A DNA stretch of 63,221 bases from NCBI GenBank assembly GCA_963623095.1, contig CAVFKD010000003.1:2740-65960 (forward strand), given 5' to 3'. Below the pieces are notes generated by a model, which was given only the letters and a program-made list of their open reading frames with translations, made no database searches and was not told the origin of the DNA. Positions within the stretch are counted from its first letter, which is position 1. Every line of letters begins with the position of its first letter. The position numbers and the translations under genes were made by a program. Positions 44,822 through 55,371 of the stretch are shown in pieces. The stretch comes from a bacterium (GTDB taxonomy: Bacteria > Bacillota_I > Bacilli_A > RFN20 > CAG-449).

Positions 44822-45350
44822 AATATTTATTATATTATTAATGATATTTTGTCTTTCTTCCTGCGGAAATATTAATGAATCAGAAATTATAACATCATCT
44901 TCAGCTTCAAAGGATTATTCTTCTATTACTCCATATATTGAAGTAGAGAGAAATGAAGAAAAAACATTTAAAGATATCAATGTTAATCAATATGTAAATA
45001 AGATGGAAAATAAAGATTCATTTATTATGTTTTTCTATATGACAACATGTGGAGGATGTAATTCTGCGAAAGAAAAACTATTAATACCTTATATGGAAGA
45101 AACTTCCATCATGATCTATGCAATGGATATTAAAAGTGATGAAAACTATGAATATTTATATTTAATGCAACAATATCAAATTCTTGATAATAGTTATTAT
45201 TATTTTAGAGATAATGGTAAAGTAGGGATGAAAACACCAACTATTTGTATTATTGATAAAGGTGTCACTGTTGATTATCATCTTGGATATAGTCAAGATC
45301 TATTAAATATCATTAAAGCATATTGCTATTTACCTCCAATTGGCGAATAA
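44811..45350 (+). CDS. thioredoxin-fold lipoprotein (CGGC motif)
   Basis: Lipobox FCLSSC and a CxxC motif in MTTCGGCNSAKE. Overlaps trmL by 11 nt. Confidence 0.65.
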   Translation: MKNKIFIILLMIFCLSSCGNINESEIITSSSASKDYSSITPYIEVERNEEKTFKDINVNQYVNKMENKDSFIMFFYMTTCGGCNSAKEKLLIPYMEETSIMIYAMDIKSDENYEYLYLMQQYQILDNSYYYFRDNGKVGMKTPTICIIDKGVTVDYHLGYSQDLLNIIKAYCYLPPIGE

Positions 45351-45377
45351 AAAAAATAGACCGTGGTCTATTTTTTT
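45351..45377. terminator. bidirectional rho-independent terminator
   Basis: A-run, stem TAGAC / GTCTA with loop CGTG, then T-run. The rqcH stop lies inside it. Confidence 0.65.
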
Positions 45378-46957
45378 AATGTGTCTTTAATTAGTTTAAT
45401 TGATGATTGTCTTATTTCATTTAAAGTAATTGTTTCATAATTATTAAATGTAACAAGTCCTCTTTTAGAAGGGACTTTTTTAACTTCTTTTCTATCGGTA
45501 ACAATGACATCTCCAGAAGTTAAAGAAGCTAGATATAAAGCAATTTCACTAGAGAGTAATATTGCTTCTTTTGATGGATTTGAAGAGAATATGATAACAT
45601 GTGGACCATGTACATCTTTCGCGTGCAAGAAATAATCATCTTTTCTTGCAAGTTCAAAAGTTAAATATTCATTTTGATAAGAAGATAAACCAAAACCAAT
45701 TTTTTCACCAGTACTCGCGATTATATAATGAGGAGAATAGACTTTAGGTGAATTTTTCTTTTTCTTGTTGTTTTGATTCTTCTCTTTTTTGATATAGCCA
45801 TCTTCTTTTAATTCATTGATGATATCTTCCATATCTTCGATTGAAGCATATTTAACTTGGTTATCTAACTTTTCAAAATAGTCAATTTTATCTTTGGTTA
45901 AGTTAATTTGAATATTAACTTGTTCTAAAGCAACTTTTGATTTTTGATAGAGTTTAAAATATTTATTCGCATTACCAATTAAATCGAGTTTATCATCTAA
46001 AGGAATAATTCTTCCTTCAATAGTGATTTGCTTTTGACCTTTTGTGTATGAATCTAAATTCATGAATAATAGATTACCAATTTCGATATAATCTTTCTTT
46101 TCTTCCGCTTTTTTTAAATCGTTATTAAGATTGACTAATTTATTTCTTAAACCTTTTAATTTATGAGAAATTGTATGAAGTACAAGCTCATAATGTGATT
46201 TTTTATATTTTTCATTTTCTTTTTCTTCATAGATGGAAGATAAATCATCCAATTTGAATTCTTTACATCCTGTGACAGATTTTAAAGGAATAGAGATAAT
46301 ATCATTTTTATAATTATAGAATTTAGTTGACGATTTAATTTCATTTACGATATCTTTAATGTTTTCACCATTATTAACTCGATATTCTATTTCATTATAA
46401 ATAGTTTTAATTACTTTTGATTTGATAGTTTCTAAAGTATCATCTTCATTAAATTCTTTATTTTCTAAATTTAAATATTGATAATGTAAACCTCTAGCTA
46501 GAGGTCTTAATTCATCTAAAGAAGATGATTTTTTAATGCAATCGATAATGATATTATTTTCATCAGTAATAATGGCATTAGGTCTATAAGGTATTAATTC
46601 AACAATTAATTTATTAGTGATAGTTTGATAAGAAGGAGTTAATTTTTTAATAGTAAAAGTGATTACTTTATCAGAATCTAATTTTTCTAAAGCAATAATT
46701 TTACCACCTTCAAAATATTTTTTTAATGATGCAACAAAACCAGATGATTCTTGAATCATTTTAAAATATGATGAAGAAATTAGCATATAAGGATTAGAAT
46801 TATCAAAACTAAAAATTAATGATTCTTGTTTATTAGAAAATAAGAAAAAAGAAAAATCTGTATTGGAGATTTTTACTATCTTTGATATTTTTGCGTTTAA
46901 TAATCGATCGTATAGACCATTATATATTCTTGTAAAAGTAAAATTTGATATTGCCAT
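45368..46957 (-). CDS. rqcH: ribosome quality-control protein RqcH (NFACT / FbpA family)
   Basis: NFACT-N-type N-terminus, central coiled coil, and C-terminal DDYFLHAKDVHGPHVII motif, 529 aa. Confidence 0.85.
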   Translation of the reverse strand: MAISNFTFTRIYNGLYDRLLNAKISKIVKISNTDFSFFLFSNKQESLIFSFDNSNPYMLISSSYFKMIQESSGFVASLKKYFEGGKIIALEKLDSDKVITFTIKKLTPSYQTITNKLIVELIPYRPNAIITDENNIIIDCIKKSSSLDELRPLARGLHYQYLNLENKEFNEDDTLETIKSKVIKTIYNEIEYRVNNGENIKDIVNEIKSSTKFYNYKNDIISIPLKSVTGCKEFKLDDLSSIYEEKENEKYKKSHYELVLHTISHKLKGLRNKLVNLNNDLKKAEEKKDYIEIGNLLFMNLDSYTKGQKQITIEGRIIPLDDKLDLIGNANKYFKLYQKSKVALEQVNIQINLTKDKIDYFEKLDNQVKYASIEDMEDIINELKEDGYIKKEKNQNNKKKKNSPKVYSPHYIIASTGEKIGFGLSSYQNEYLTFELARKDDYFLHAKDVHGPHVIIFSSNPSKEAILLSSEIALYLASLTSGDVIVTDRKEVKKVPSKRGLVTFNNYETITLNEIRQSSIKLIKDTLKK

Positions 46958-47114
46958 AAGTTATCACCCACCTAAATTATTATAACTAATTTAATTAATT
47001 TAATAAATATTATTTATTACGCCTTTTTAACATTTGTAAAAAAATGATTTAATCTTATTGAAATTAAACTTTTAAATGATAGAATAATATTTATATATAT
47101 TAAGCGAGGTAATT

Positions 47115-47705
47115 ATGGAAAAAGGTTTATTAATCGTTCTTTCAGGACCTAGTGGTGTAGGTAAAGGCACTGTTAGAAAACAAATATTTAAAGATGAATC
47201 ACTCAATTTAGCATATTCAATTTCAATGACAACTAGATTACCAAGAAATGGTGAAGTTGATGGAGTTGATTACTACTTTGTTTCTAAAGAGGATTTTGAA
47301 AACGCGATTAAAAACAATGAACTACTTGAATACGCACACTTTGTTGGTAACTATTATGGAACACCAAAGTTCAGTGTTGAAAAATTAAGAAACGAAGGAA
47401 AAAATGTTTTCCTTGAAATTGAAGTAGAAGGGGCTAAAAAAGTTTTAGAAGAATATAAAGATGATCCAGGAGTATTATCTATTTATTTACTTCCACCTTC
47501 ATTAAGAGAACTCGCAAAACGTATCAGAGGAAGAAAATCTGAACCTGAAGAAATCATTCAAGAACGTTTAGAAAAAGCAAAAAGAGAAATGGGTTCTAAA
47601 ACCTATTATCAATTTAATGTATTGAACGATAATATCGCACGCAGCGCTGGAGAAATTACTCGCCTTATTAAATTAAAAATCGCTGCAAATAAAAATTCAA
47701 AATAA
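47115..47705 (+). CDS. gmk: guanylate kinase
   Basis: P-loop GPSGVGKGT and YYFVSKEDFE, 196 aa. Confidence 0.95.
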   Translation: MEKGLLIVLSGPSGVGKGTVRKQIFKDESLNLAYSISMTTRLPRNGEVDGVDYYFVSKEDFENAIKNNELLEYAHFVGNYYGTPKFSVEKLRNEGKNVFLEIEVEGAKKVLEEYKDDPGVLSIYLLPPSLRELAKRIRGRKSEPEEIIQERLEKAKREMGSKTYYQFNVLNDNIARSAGEITRLIKLKIAANKNSK

Positions 47706-47723
47706 ATTATAAAAGGAGGGCTT

Positions 47724-49925
47724 ATGCGTTTACTTGGTGTCATTATTGAATACGCATCAAATAAAGTTAACCGTCCTTTTTCTTATGCTTATAATGGCAC
47801 TTTGGATGTAAAAGTTGGAACTAGAGTATTAGTAAATTTCGCTCATAAGAATATTGTTGGATATGTTGTTGATATTAAAGAAACATCTTTAAGCATCGAT
47901 GAATATATCAAACAAACTGGAGTTAATTTAAAAGAAATTATTTCTATTATTGATAAAGAACCAATCTTGACTGATGAATTAATGAAGCTATCAGATGATG
48001 TTGCTTCTTATTATATCGCTCCTAAGATTAGCGTTCTTTCTTCAATGCTTCCTCCTTCTTTAAAACCAAGCTTATCTAGTTTAAATAAACCTCATATTGC
48101 TTATGAAACATATATTGAAGTTATCAATAAAAATCCTGATGGATTAACTCCAAAACAAGAAGAATTATTAATTGAATTATCTTCGTTCGAAGGATTAATT
48201 TTAAAAAAAGATATTAAATCTACTTTGATACCAAAACTTGTTGAAAAAGATAAAATAAAGTTGGTTAAAAAAGAAAAAATTAGATTAATTCAAGATGATG
48301 TAGAACATGTTGAAGATAAAGAATTAACGCTAGAACAACAAAATGCATATAATACAATTTTAGAATCAAATGATAAAATCTTTCTTTTAGAAGGTGTGAC
48401 TGGATCTGGTAAAACAGAAGTATATTTAAAAGTCGCAAAAAAGATGTTAGATGAAGGAAAACAAGTATTGATGCTTGTTCCAGAAATATCTTTAACTTTC
48501 CAAATGGTTAAAAGATTTAAACAAAAATTTGATAACGTCGCGATTTTGCATTCTGATTTAACTCCAGGAGAAAAATATGATGAATATCGTCGTATTAAAG
48601 ATCATAAAGTAAATATTGTAGTTGGAGCAAGAAGCGCTATATTCGCACCATTAGATAATATTGGTCTTATTATTATCGATGAAGAACATGTTGAAACTTA
48701 TAAACAAGAAACTTCACCTTTTTATAATGCTTTAGAAGTAGCGAAGATGCGTCAAAAATATTATCCTGATTGCAAAATTATTTTAGGAAGTGCGACTCCT
48801 TCATTAGAAACAAAAATTAGAGCTTTAAAAGGTGTATATCATCAATTGTATTTAACTAAGAGATTTAATGATTTACCTTTAGCGAAAACTAGTATTGTTG
48901 ATATGCTTGATTATCATAACTTAGATAAAGATTCAGTAATATTTTCTTTGCAATTAAGAAAAGAAATTGAAAATACATTAAATAACAATAAACAAGTTAT
49001 GTTACTTATTAATAAAAGAGGATTTTCATCTTTTGTTACTTGTCGTAAATGCGGTCGGACTTTAAAATGTCCTACTTGTGGTATCCCTTTAGCGTATCAT
49101 TCAAAAATTAATATGCTTAAATGCCATCACTGCGGTTATGTTTCAAAAATGGTTAGTGAATGTCCTCATTGCAAAGCTAATACATTTTCCAAAGTTGGTT
49201 TTGGCAGTGAAAGAGTTGAACAAGAAATTAATCGTCTTTTCCCTAAAGCAAAAACTTTGAGATTAGATTCTGATGTGGCAAATATCAAATCAAATGTAAA
49301 AAATATCATATCTAAGTTTGAAAATCATGAAGCGGATATTTTAATAGGTACTCAAATGATCGCAAAAGGACATGATTTTAAAGATGTAACTTTAGTAGGC
49401 ATCGTTTTAGCGGATTTAGGATTAAATATTCCATCATATAAATCCGCGGAACGTACATTTAATTTAATTACTCAAGCTTTGGGTCGCGCAGGTAGACATG
49501 AAAAAGGTGCATGCGCGGTTATTCAAACATATATGCCTAAATCATATGTAATTTATGATGCTTCAATTCAAGATTATAATCGCTTCTTTAATGAGGAAAT
49601 GAAAATAAGGAAGATTAATCAAAATCCACCTTATACTTATTTAACGTTAGTTACATTACAAGGCAAAGATGAAAAAGAAGTTATAGATTCATCTTTTGAA
49701 GTAAAGAATTTCTTGGAAGCTAAATTCGCTTCTAAAAATGTCACTGTGGTTGGACCAAGTGAACCATTTATCATTAAAAATGATGGTAAATATAATAGAA
49801 AATTACTTTTAAAATATAAATCATACAATGATGTAAAAGATGTTTTAAAAGAATTAGTTGAAAATATTAATAAAAATAATCGTATTGATGTTATAATCAA
49901 TGTCGATCCGTATGAAGATTATTAG
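47724..49925 (+). CDS. priA: primosomal replication protein N' (PriA helicase)
   Basis: Walker A GVTGSGKTE, a DEEH box, and a Cys4-Cys4 zinc region CRKCGRTLKCPTCG...CHHCG...CPHC. Confidence 0.93.
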   Translation: MRLLGVIIEYASNKVNRPFSYAYNGTLDVKVGTRVLVNFAHKNIVGYVVDIKETSLSIDEYIKQTGVNLKEIISIIDKEPILTDELMKLSDDVASYYIAPKISVLSSMLPPSLKPSLSSLNKPHIAYETYIEVINKNPDGLTPKQEELLIELSSFEGLILKKDIKSTLIPKLVEKDKIKLVKKEKIRLIQDDVEHVEDKELTLEQQNAYNTILESNDKIFLLEGVTGSGKTEVYLKVAKKMLDEGKQVLMLVPEISLTFQMVKRFKQKFDNVAILHSDLTPGEKYDEYRRIKDHKVNIVVGARSAIFAPLDNIGLIIIDEEHVETYKQETSPFYNALEVAKMRQKYYPDCKIILGSATPSLETKIRALKGVYHQLYLTKRFNDLPLAKTSIVDMLDYHNLDKDSVIFSLQLRKEIENTLNNNKQVMLLINKRGFSSFVTCRKCGRTLKCPTCGIPLAYHSKINMLKCHHCGYVSKMVSECPHCKANTFSKVGFGSERVEQEINRLFPKAKTLRLDSDVANIKSNVKNIISKFENHEADILIGTQMIAKGHDFKDVTLVGIVLADLGLNIPSYKSAERTFNLITQALGRAGRHEKGACAVIQTYMPKSYVIYDASIQDYNRFFNEEMKIRKINQNPPYTYLTLVTLQGKDEKEVIDSSFEVKNFLEAKFASKNVTVVGPSEPFIIKNDGKYNRKLLLKYKSYNDVKDVLKELVENINKNNRIDVIINVDPYEDY

Positions 49926-49933
49926 GAGGATTT

Positions 49934-50425
49934 ATGGTAATTATTAATTTTTATAGTATAGATTTTGAAATGGTCGGTAGATTAGATGAACAAATTCATG
50001 AAAAAGTTGCGAATGCATTTGGTATTAAAAATGAAGAATTGATTTTTAATGCATCTGATTCATTTGTCTTTTATAAAGGTCATGAACAAACTTCATATAA
50101 TGTTTATATCAAAGTTGAAGCACCTATGGAATTATCTTTAGAAGAAGAAAAAGTTGCTTCTATTTTAATGAATGAAACAAAAGATTACGCGATGCACGTA
50201 AGAATCTTATTCTCATATTTTGATGAAACTCATTATTATGAAAGAGTAGCTCGTCAATATCCAGAATTTATTACAACAAGCATCGAAGCTAAAGTAGAAG
50301 ACGATGAATATGATGAAGAACGCGAATATAGTGAAGATGAAATTTATACAGGAAACATCTTTGTAGAAAATGGCGTTTTAGATGAAGATGCACCAGCATC
50401 AATGGATGATATTTTAAAGAAATAA
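49934..50425 (+). CDS. hypothetical protein, possibly DUF1904/tautomerase-like with acidic C-terminal tail
   Basis: 163 aa with a strong RBS AGGAGGA. The N-terminal 100 aa loosely resemble DUF1904, and the tail is rich in D/E (VEDDEYDEEREYSEDE). The family call is tentative. Confidence 0.55.
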   Translation: MVIINFYSIDFEMVGRLDEQIHEKVANAFGIKNEELIFNASDSFVFYKGHEQTSYNVYIKVEAPMELSLEEEKVASILMNETKDYAMHVRILFSYFDETHYYERVARQYPEFITTSIEAKVEDDEYDEEREYSEDEIYTGNIFVENGVLDEDAPASMDDILKK

Positions 50426-50426
50426 T

Positions 50427-51344
50427 ATGAGGATTAATATTCTAGGCGCGGGGGCAATGGGATTATTATATGCCTCATATTTAATAAAAAATAATGATGT
50501 TACTTTAATTGAACATCGTAAAGAAACTGTTGATTTTATATCAAAAAACGGGGTAAATGTTACAACTGATGGTGTTAAAAGAAATTATAAAATATCGATC
50601 GTTGAAAGTGGAACTTTATTACCTCCATGCGATTTATTTATCGTTTTTGTTAAAAATGTTAATACCAATGAAGCATTGATGGAAAATCTTTCTTCTATTG
50701 ATGAACACACAAATGTTTTAACCCTTCAAAATGGTTATGGAAGTGTTGATATTATTTCTCAATATGTCAACAAAAATCAAATTTATGTAGGAACAAGCAA
50801 ACACAATTCTTTAAACTTAGGAAATGGTAATATTGTTCATACCGCGAGTGGAATAACTAACATTGGTACTTATTTTGGTGATATCAATACCTTAGAAAAG
50901 ATTGTTTCTAATTTTAATGAAGCAGGACTTTCTTCTAAAGTTGTATCCAATGTTAATTATGTCATTTTTGAAAAATTAATTTTAAATGCATGCATGAATG
51001 CTTTATCTGCGTTATACAATACAACTTTTAAATCTTTGTTAGATGATCCATATGCTTTTGAAATACTTAAAAATATTATTAAAGAAGGCATTGAAGTAGT
51101 TAAGAATGTTGGAGTAAATATTGATTTAAATGAAGAATTAAATATCTTAAATAAAGTATTTGGAAATTCTTCTGAAGGTAAATCTAGTATGTGCCAAGAT
51201 ATCCTTGCTCATCGAAAAACAGAAGTTGATTTCATTAATGGAGCTATTTCTTCTTTAGGTAAAAAATATAATATAAAAACTCCTTATAATGATTTAATGG
51301 TTAATATGATTCATTTTAAAGAAAACATAAACAAAAATAGTTAG
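50427..51344 (+). CDS. panE: 2-dehydropantoate 2-reductase (ketopantoate reductase family)
   Basis: N-terminal ILGAGAMG Rossmann fold. The ApbA/PanE C-domain pattern includes SSMCQDILAHRKTEVDFING. Confidence 0.82.
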   Translation: MRINILGAGAMGLLYASYLIKNNDVTLIEHRKETVDFISKNGVNVTTDGVKRNYKISIVESGTLLPPCDLFIVFVKNVNTNEALMENLSSIDEHTNVLTLQNGYGSVDIISQYVNKNQIYVGTSKHNSLNLGNGNIVHTASGITNIGTYFGDINTLEKIVSNFNEAGLSSKVVSNVNYVIFEKLILNACMNALSALYNTTFKSLLDDPYAFEILKNIIKEGIEVVKNVGVNIDLNEELNILNKVFGNSSEGKSSMCQDILAHRKTEVDFINGAISSLGKKYNIKTPYNDLMVNMIHFKENINKNS

Positions 51345-51370
51345 TTCAAACTAGAACTAACTATTTTTTT
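51337..51370. terminator. bidirectional rho-independent terminator
   Basis: 11-bp stem ATAGTTAGTTC / GAACTAACTAT with a 6-nt loop, followed by T7. Confidence 0.8.
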
Positions 51371-51371
51371 G

Positions 51372-52904
51372 TTATTTGCTGAATGTCGCTTTTAATGAGC
51401 CACCTTCAGATGAACCTTCAAAATGTAATTCGCATGTAGTAAGAGAAGTTAAAACTTGTTTTACAATTGGTGAATCATCAAATGTGGAAGATAAATCAAA
51501 GGTTAATACTTTATTTTGTGCATCAAATGATAAATATTCTTCTTCACTTGTAACAACTTGTAAGTAATTTAATACTTCTTCTTGTTCACTTGCGTTTAAA
51601 CTTAATGAACCAATTCTTAAAGAATTTAATTTTGCATTAATTTTATAATTTTGACTTGGTAATTCATTAAAATCTCCAACAATTGAAATTCTATTGCCGT
51701 TTATTGAAACTACTAAAGTGATTTGGAAAGTACCATCACCAAATAATGTATGCAATGATTCAACTTCGATATAAGCAATATCGGATTTGTTTGTAAAAGC
51801 AATTGATGTACCAATAAATTCCATACTTCCAAAGATAGAATCGAAGTTATCTTTGGTTAAATTAATATTTAATTGACCTTTTGCAATATCAGTTATTAAA
51901 GATGAATAATCATAAGTAATATAATCAGATAATATTCTAGAATGAGTTTGTTTGATACCTTCATTTGTTTTGCTTAATGAAGTGTTATCAATATCTTCTT
52001 TAACATTATCAGTACAATTATTATATCCATTAATGTAATAAGTTAAGACACTCGATAAATTTGAATAAGTCGCGATACCTTGGTTAAAAGAAGTTAAGAC
52101 ATTATTTTTAATCGATGAATCAATATTTAATGGATAAGAGATAGCTCCATCTAGGCTTTCTTTATAAAGTAATGTTTCGTAATTGATACTAAAACCAACT
52201 TTTTTATTCTTACCTAATTCTAGAGTAAATATTTCTTCGTGCTCCATTAATAATGTAGTTAAAAGATTTAATAATGCTTTAGTCTTTTCATCATCGGTAG
52301 AATTTAAAATTAATTTTATCAATGAATCTTTATTAAATTTGAAACAAAGATTAGCTTTATCAATTTCACAAGTGATTTCTTTTTCTTTAAAATAATTTTC
52401 TAAAGAAGAGACATCCATCTTTGATACTGCGTATTTAGTAATTGGATTATTTAATATTTCTAAGTTACCTAAATATCCTTGTTTTAATGTAAAACAATAA
52501 TTGCTTCCATCATCTTCTAAATATAAATTTCCTTGAATTCTTGTATTGAAAGTAAACACTTTTGCATTCAATTCTAAATGCATAGTTCCATCATCTAAGA
52601 AAGAGACATAACATCCATTGAAAGTTACATTAGGAATAACTACCTTAGTTGCAATATTATAAAAAAGTTCATTTAATTCATAATCATTAAGAGTGAAATC
52701 GATTTTATAATTATTGTTGTTTAATCCTTTGTAGGCATCTTTATGGAATACTTCTTCAATTTCCATCGGATTATTTTTAATATCTTCTGGAGTGTTATTG
52801 GTGCTATCATTTAGGTTAATCGCTAAATAGATAAATATACCACCTAGAAGCAAAATAATTATTAGTAGTAAGATTAATAAAATTTTAAAAATTTTTTTGA
52901 TCAT
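51372..52904 (-). CDS. membrane-anchored hypothetical protein (510 aa)
   Basis: A single N-terminal TM (ILLILLLIIILLLGGIFIYLAI) and a large extracytoplasmic body. I recognise no catalytic motif. Confidence 0.7.
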   Translation of the reverse strand: MIKKIFKILLILLLIIILLLGGIFIYLAINLNDSTNNTPEDIKNNPMEIEEVFHKDAYKGLNNNNYKIDFTLNDYELNELFYNIATKVVIPNVTFNGCYVSFLDDGTMHLELNAKVFTFNTRIQGNLYLEDDGSNYCFTLKQGYLGNLEILNNPITKYAVSKMDVSSLENYFKEKEITCEIDKANLCFKFNKDSLIKLILNSTDDEKTKALLNLLTTLLMEHEEIFTLELGKNKKVGFSINYETLLYKESLDGAISYPLNIDSSIKNNVLTSFNQGIATYSNLSSVLTYYINGYNNCTDNVKEDIDNTSLSKTNEGIKQTHSRILSDYITYDYSSLITDIAKGQLNINLTKDNFDSIFGSMEFIGTSIAFTNKSDIAYIEVESLHTLFGDGTFQITLVVSINGNRISIVGDFNELPSQNYKINAKLNSLRIGSLSLNASEQEEVLNYLQVVTSEEEYLSFDAQNKVLTFDLSSTFDDSPIVKQVLTSLTTCELHFEGSSEGGSLKATFSK

Positions 52905-53051
52905 TGTGATTACCTCTAAAATTAATATAACAAGAAAAATAGCTTATTGCAAAAGCAATTAAAAAAATAACTAAAAAATCGATTTTTTAAGAAAGATAAT
53001 ATTTAATAATATTATTAAGTTTGATAAAATTATAAAAAAGAGGGCAAAATT

Positions 53052-54338
53052 ATGAACTTACTAATTAAAACTTATGATTTGTTAAAAAACTTAAAAGATG
53101 GTAAATATACATTCTCTACATTGATGAATAAAAATATCGATGAATGCAATTTAGATGAACTCGATAAAAACTATGTAAAGAATTCTTTAAAATGCATTGT
53201 TAATCGATATCACACTTTAAGATTCCAAATCTTAGAAGAATTTAAAACTAATGATGAAGTATTACTCGATTATTTAATCATTGGTTTAAGCTATTTACTT
53301 TTTGTTAAAGGATTTTCTAAACAAGATTTATTAAATCAATTAAAAGAAGTAAGCGATGAAAAGAAATATGATTTAGATATGGATGTAATTAATTCTTTAT
53401 ACGATCATATCTTAGAAAAACCATACGATAAATTAGTTGGTATATATGAAGATAACTTCATTAAAAAAACAGCTTTACTTTATGCTTATCCTGAATGGAT
53501 CGTTGGAATGGTAAAAAAACAATACGGTTCTAAAAATGCCTATAAGTCATTTGCAGCGACAAGAAAGAGTAAAAAAGATATAACAGTTTGCCTTAACCCA
53601 ATGGAAGATAATAATGAAATTGCTAAAGATCCTTCTTTTATTAAATTAGAATATGCTTCATGCGCATATAACTATGAAGGTAGCGATCCTTTAGTAAAGG
53701 TAGATTTATTTAGAAGAAAGAAAGTTTATGTTATGGATGGAAGTGAACAATTATTAGTCGATGTTTTAAATCCATTACAAAGTGAAAATATTCTTATCTT
53801 TGGTGATCAAAAAGCAATGATGGCAATTTCTTGTGCTTATAAGATGAATGATTTTGGAGTTGTTAATTATTTTTCTTCTGATTCTACAAGTTATTTTGAT
53901 GCTAAAACTAAATTAAAATCTTTTGGTGTTAAATCATTAAAAGTTGAAGAAGCAACATATAATTTATTATGCACACATTTAGATTATGAAAGCTGCGATA
54001 AAGTTTTATGCATGCCAAAAAGTTCTAGACTTGGTGAAGTTAGAAAATATCCAGAAATTTTACTTCAATTAAAACAATCAGATTTAGATGGCATTATTGC
54101 AAATCAAAAAGAAACAATTAATGAAGTATCTAAATTTGTTAAAAAAGGTGGAATGTTAATTTATTCAGTTCCAACTTTAAACGCAAAAGAATCTATGCAT
54201 TTAGTTCATAACTTCTTAGATGAACATAAAGATTTTGCATTAGTTGAAGAAAAGATGGTATTCCCTTATGAATATAAAACATCTGGTATTTATTATGCAA
54301 AATTAAAAAAGAATGAAATGGAAGAACAACATGATTAA
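53052..54338 (+). CDS. RsmB (Sun)-like protein with degenerate methyltransferase active site
   Basis: It occupies the rsmB position upstream of rlmN. It keeps YVMDGSEQLLVDVLNP (cf. YVQDxxSQL), but the SAM loop reads ILIFGDQKAMMA, motif IV reads LCMPKSS (cf. DAPCS) and motif VI reads YSVPT (cf. YSTCS). Confidence 0.75.
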   Translation: MNLLIKTYDLLKNLKDGKYTFSTLMNKNIDECNLDELDKNYVKNSLKCIVNRYHTLRFQILEEFKTNDEVLLDYLIIGLSYLLFVKGFSKQDLLNQLKEVSDEKKYDLDMDVINSLYDHILEKPYDKLVGIYEDNFIKKTALLYAYPEWIVGMVKKQYGSKNAYKSFAATRKSKKDITVCLNPMEDNNEIAKDPSFIKLEYASCAYNYEGSDPLVKVDLFRRKKVYVMDGSEQLLVDVLNPLQSENILIFGDQKAMMAISCAYKMNDFGVVNYFSSDSTSYFDAKTKLKSFGVKSLKVEEATYNLLCTHLDYESCDKVLCMPKSSRLGEVRKYPEILLQLKQSDLDGIIANQKETINEVSKFVKKGGMLIYSVPTLNAKESMHLVHNFLDEHKDFALVEEKMVFPYEYKTSGIYYAKLKKNEMEEQHD

Positions 54339-55371
54339 TTTATACGGACTTACACTTTCTAAATTAGAAGATTTGATGTTACAAGAAAATCAATCTAAAT
54401 TTAGAGCAAAACAAATTTTTACTTGGATTTATGAAAAAGGCGCGACTAATTTTGATGATATGAGCGATATTTCTAAATCCTTTAGAGAAATTTTAAAAGA
54501 AAAATATTGTTTAGAAAAACCTTCAATTTATATTAAACAAGTCGCAAGTGATGGAACTATTAAATTGCTTTTAGAAATGAAAGATGGTTCCAAGGTTGAG
54601 ACTGTTTTAATGCGTTATAACTATGGCAATGTTATTTGTGTTACATCTCAAGTTGGTTGTAATATGGGGTGCTCTTTTTGCGCATCTGGTTTATTAAAGA
54701 AACAAAGAAACTTAGAAGCTCATGAAATTGTTGGTGAAGTTCTTGTCATGAATGATTTATTAAAAGAAGAAGGATCTAAAGTTACTCATATTGTTGTTAT
54801 GGGTACTGGTGAACCATTTGATAATTATGACAATGTTATTGACTTTGTAAGAATCGCGAACGACCAAAAAGCTTTAGCGATTGGCGCTCGTCATATCACA
54901 GTTTCAACTTGTGGTATTCCAGATAAGATTATTCAATACGGTAGAGAAGGATTACAAGTTAATTTGGCCATTTCCTTACATGCTCCAAATAATGAATTAA
55001 GAAGCAAAATTATGAAAGTTAATAAAGCTTATCCTTTAGAAGTTTTAATTCCTGCGGTTAAAGATTATATTGATCATGCTGGAAGAAGAGTTACTTATGA
55101 ATATATTATGCTTAAAGATGTCAATGATTCATTAGAACATGCGCGTCAATTAGTAGAATTAATTAAACCTACATATGCATATGTTAATTTAATTCCTTAT
55201 AATCCAGTTATTGAAAATGGATATGACCGTGCGGATGGAGAAAAAGTTCATGCATTCATGGATTATTGTATCAAGCATGGAGTAAATACAACTATTAGAA
55301 AAGAATTCGGCACCGATATTGATGCCGCATGCGGACAATTAAGAGCGAAAGAAGTAGGTAAATTAAAATAA
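54331..55371 (+). CDS. rlmN: 23S rRNA/tRNA (adenine-C2)-methyltransferase RlmN
   Basis: Radical-SAM CNMGCSFCAS, GTGEP and the C-terminal CGQL motif. ATG 54331 (MINLYGLT) is preferred over the track start 54313. Confidence 0.93.
   Translation: MINLYGLTLSKLEDLMLQENQSKFRAKQIFTWIYEKGATNFDDMSDISKSFREILKEKYCLEKPSIYIKQVASDGTIKLLLEMKDGSKVETVLMRYNYGNVICVTSQVGCNMGCSFCASGLLKKQRNLEAHEIVGEVLVMNDLLKEEGSKVTHIVVMGTGEPFDNYDNVIDFVRIANDQKALAIGARHITVSTCGIPDKIIQYGREGLQVNLAISLHAPNNELRSKIMKVNKAYPLEVLIPAVKDYIDHAGRRVTYEYIMLKDVNDSLEHARQLVELIKPTYAYVNLIPYNPVIENGYDRADGEKVHAFMDYCIKHGVNTTIRKEFGTDIDAACGQLRAKEVGKLK

Noticed and set aside
3729-54330. N-terminal extensions in the ORF track (starts at 3729, 5807, 15699, 21316, 27705, 38557, 44221, 54313)
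   Set aside because: In each case an internal ATG with a properly spaced GGAGG-like RBS gives the conserved family N-terminus. The upstream GTG, TTG or ATG lies in the RBS, in an operator, or inside the preceding gene.
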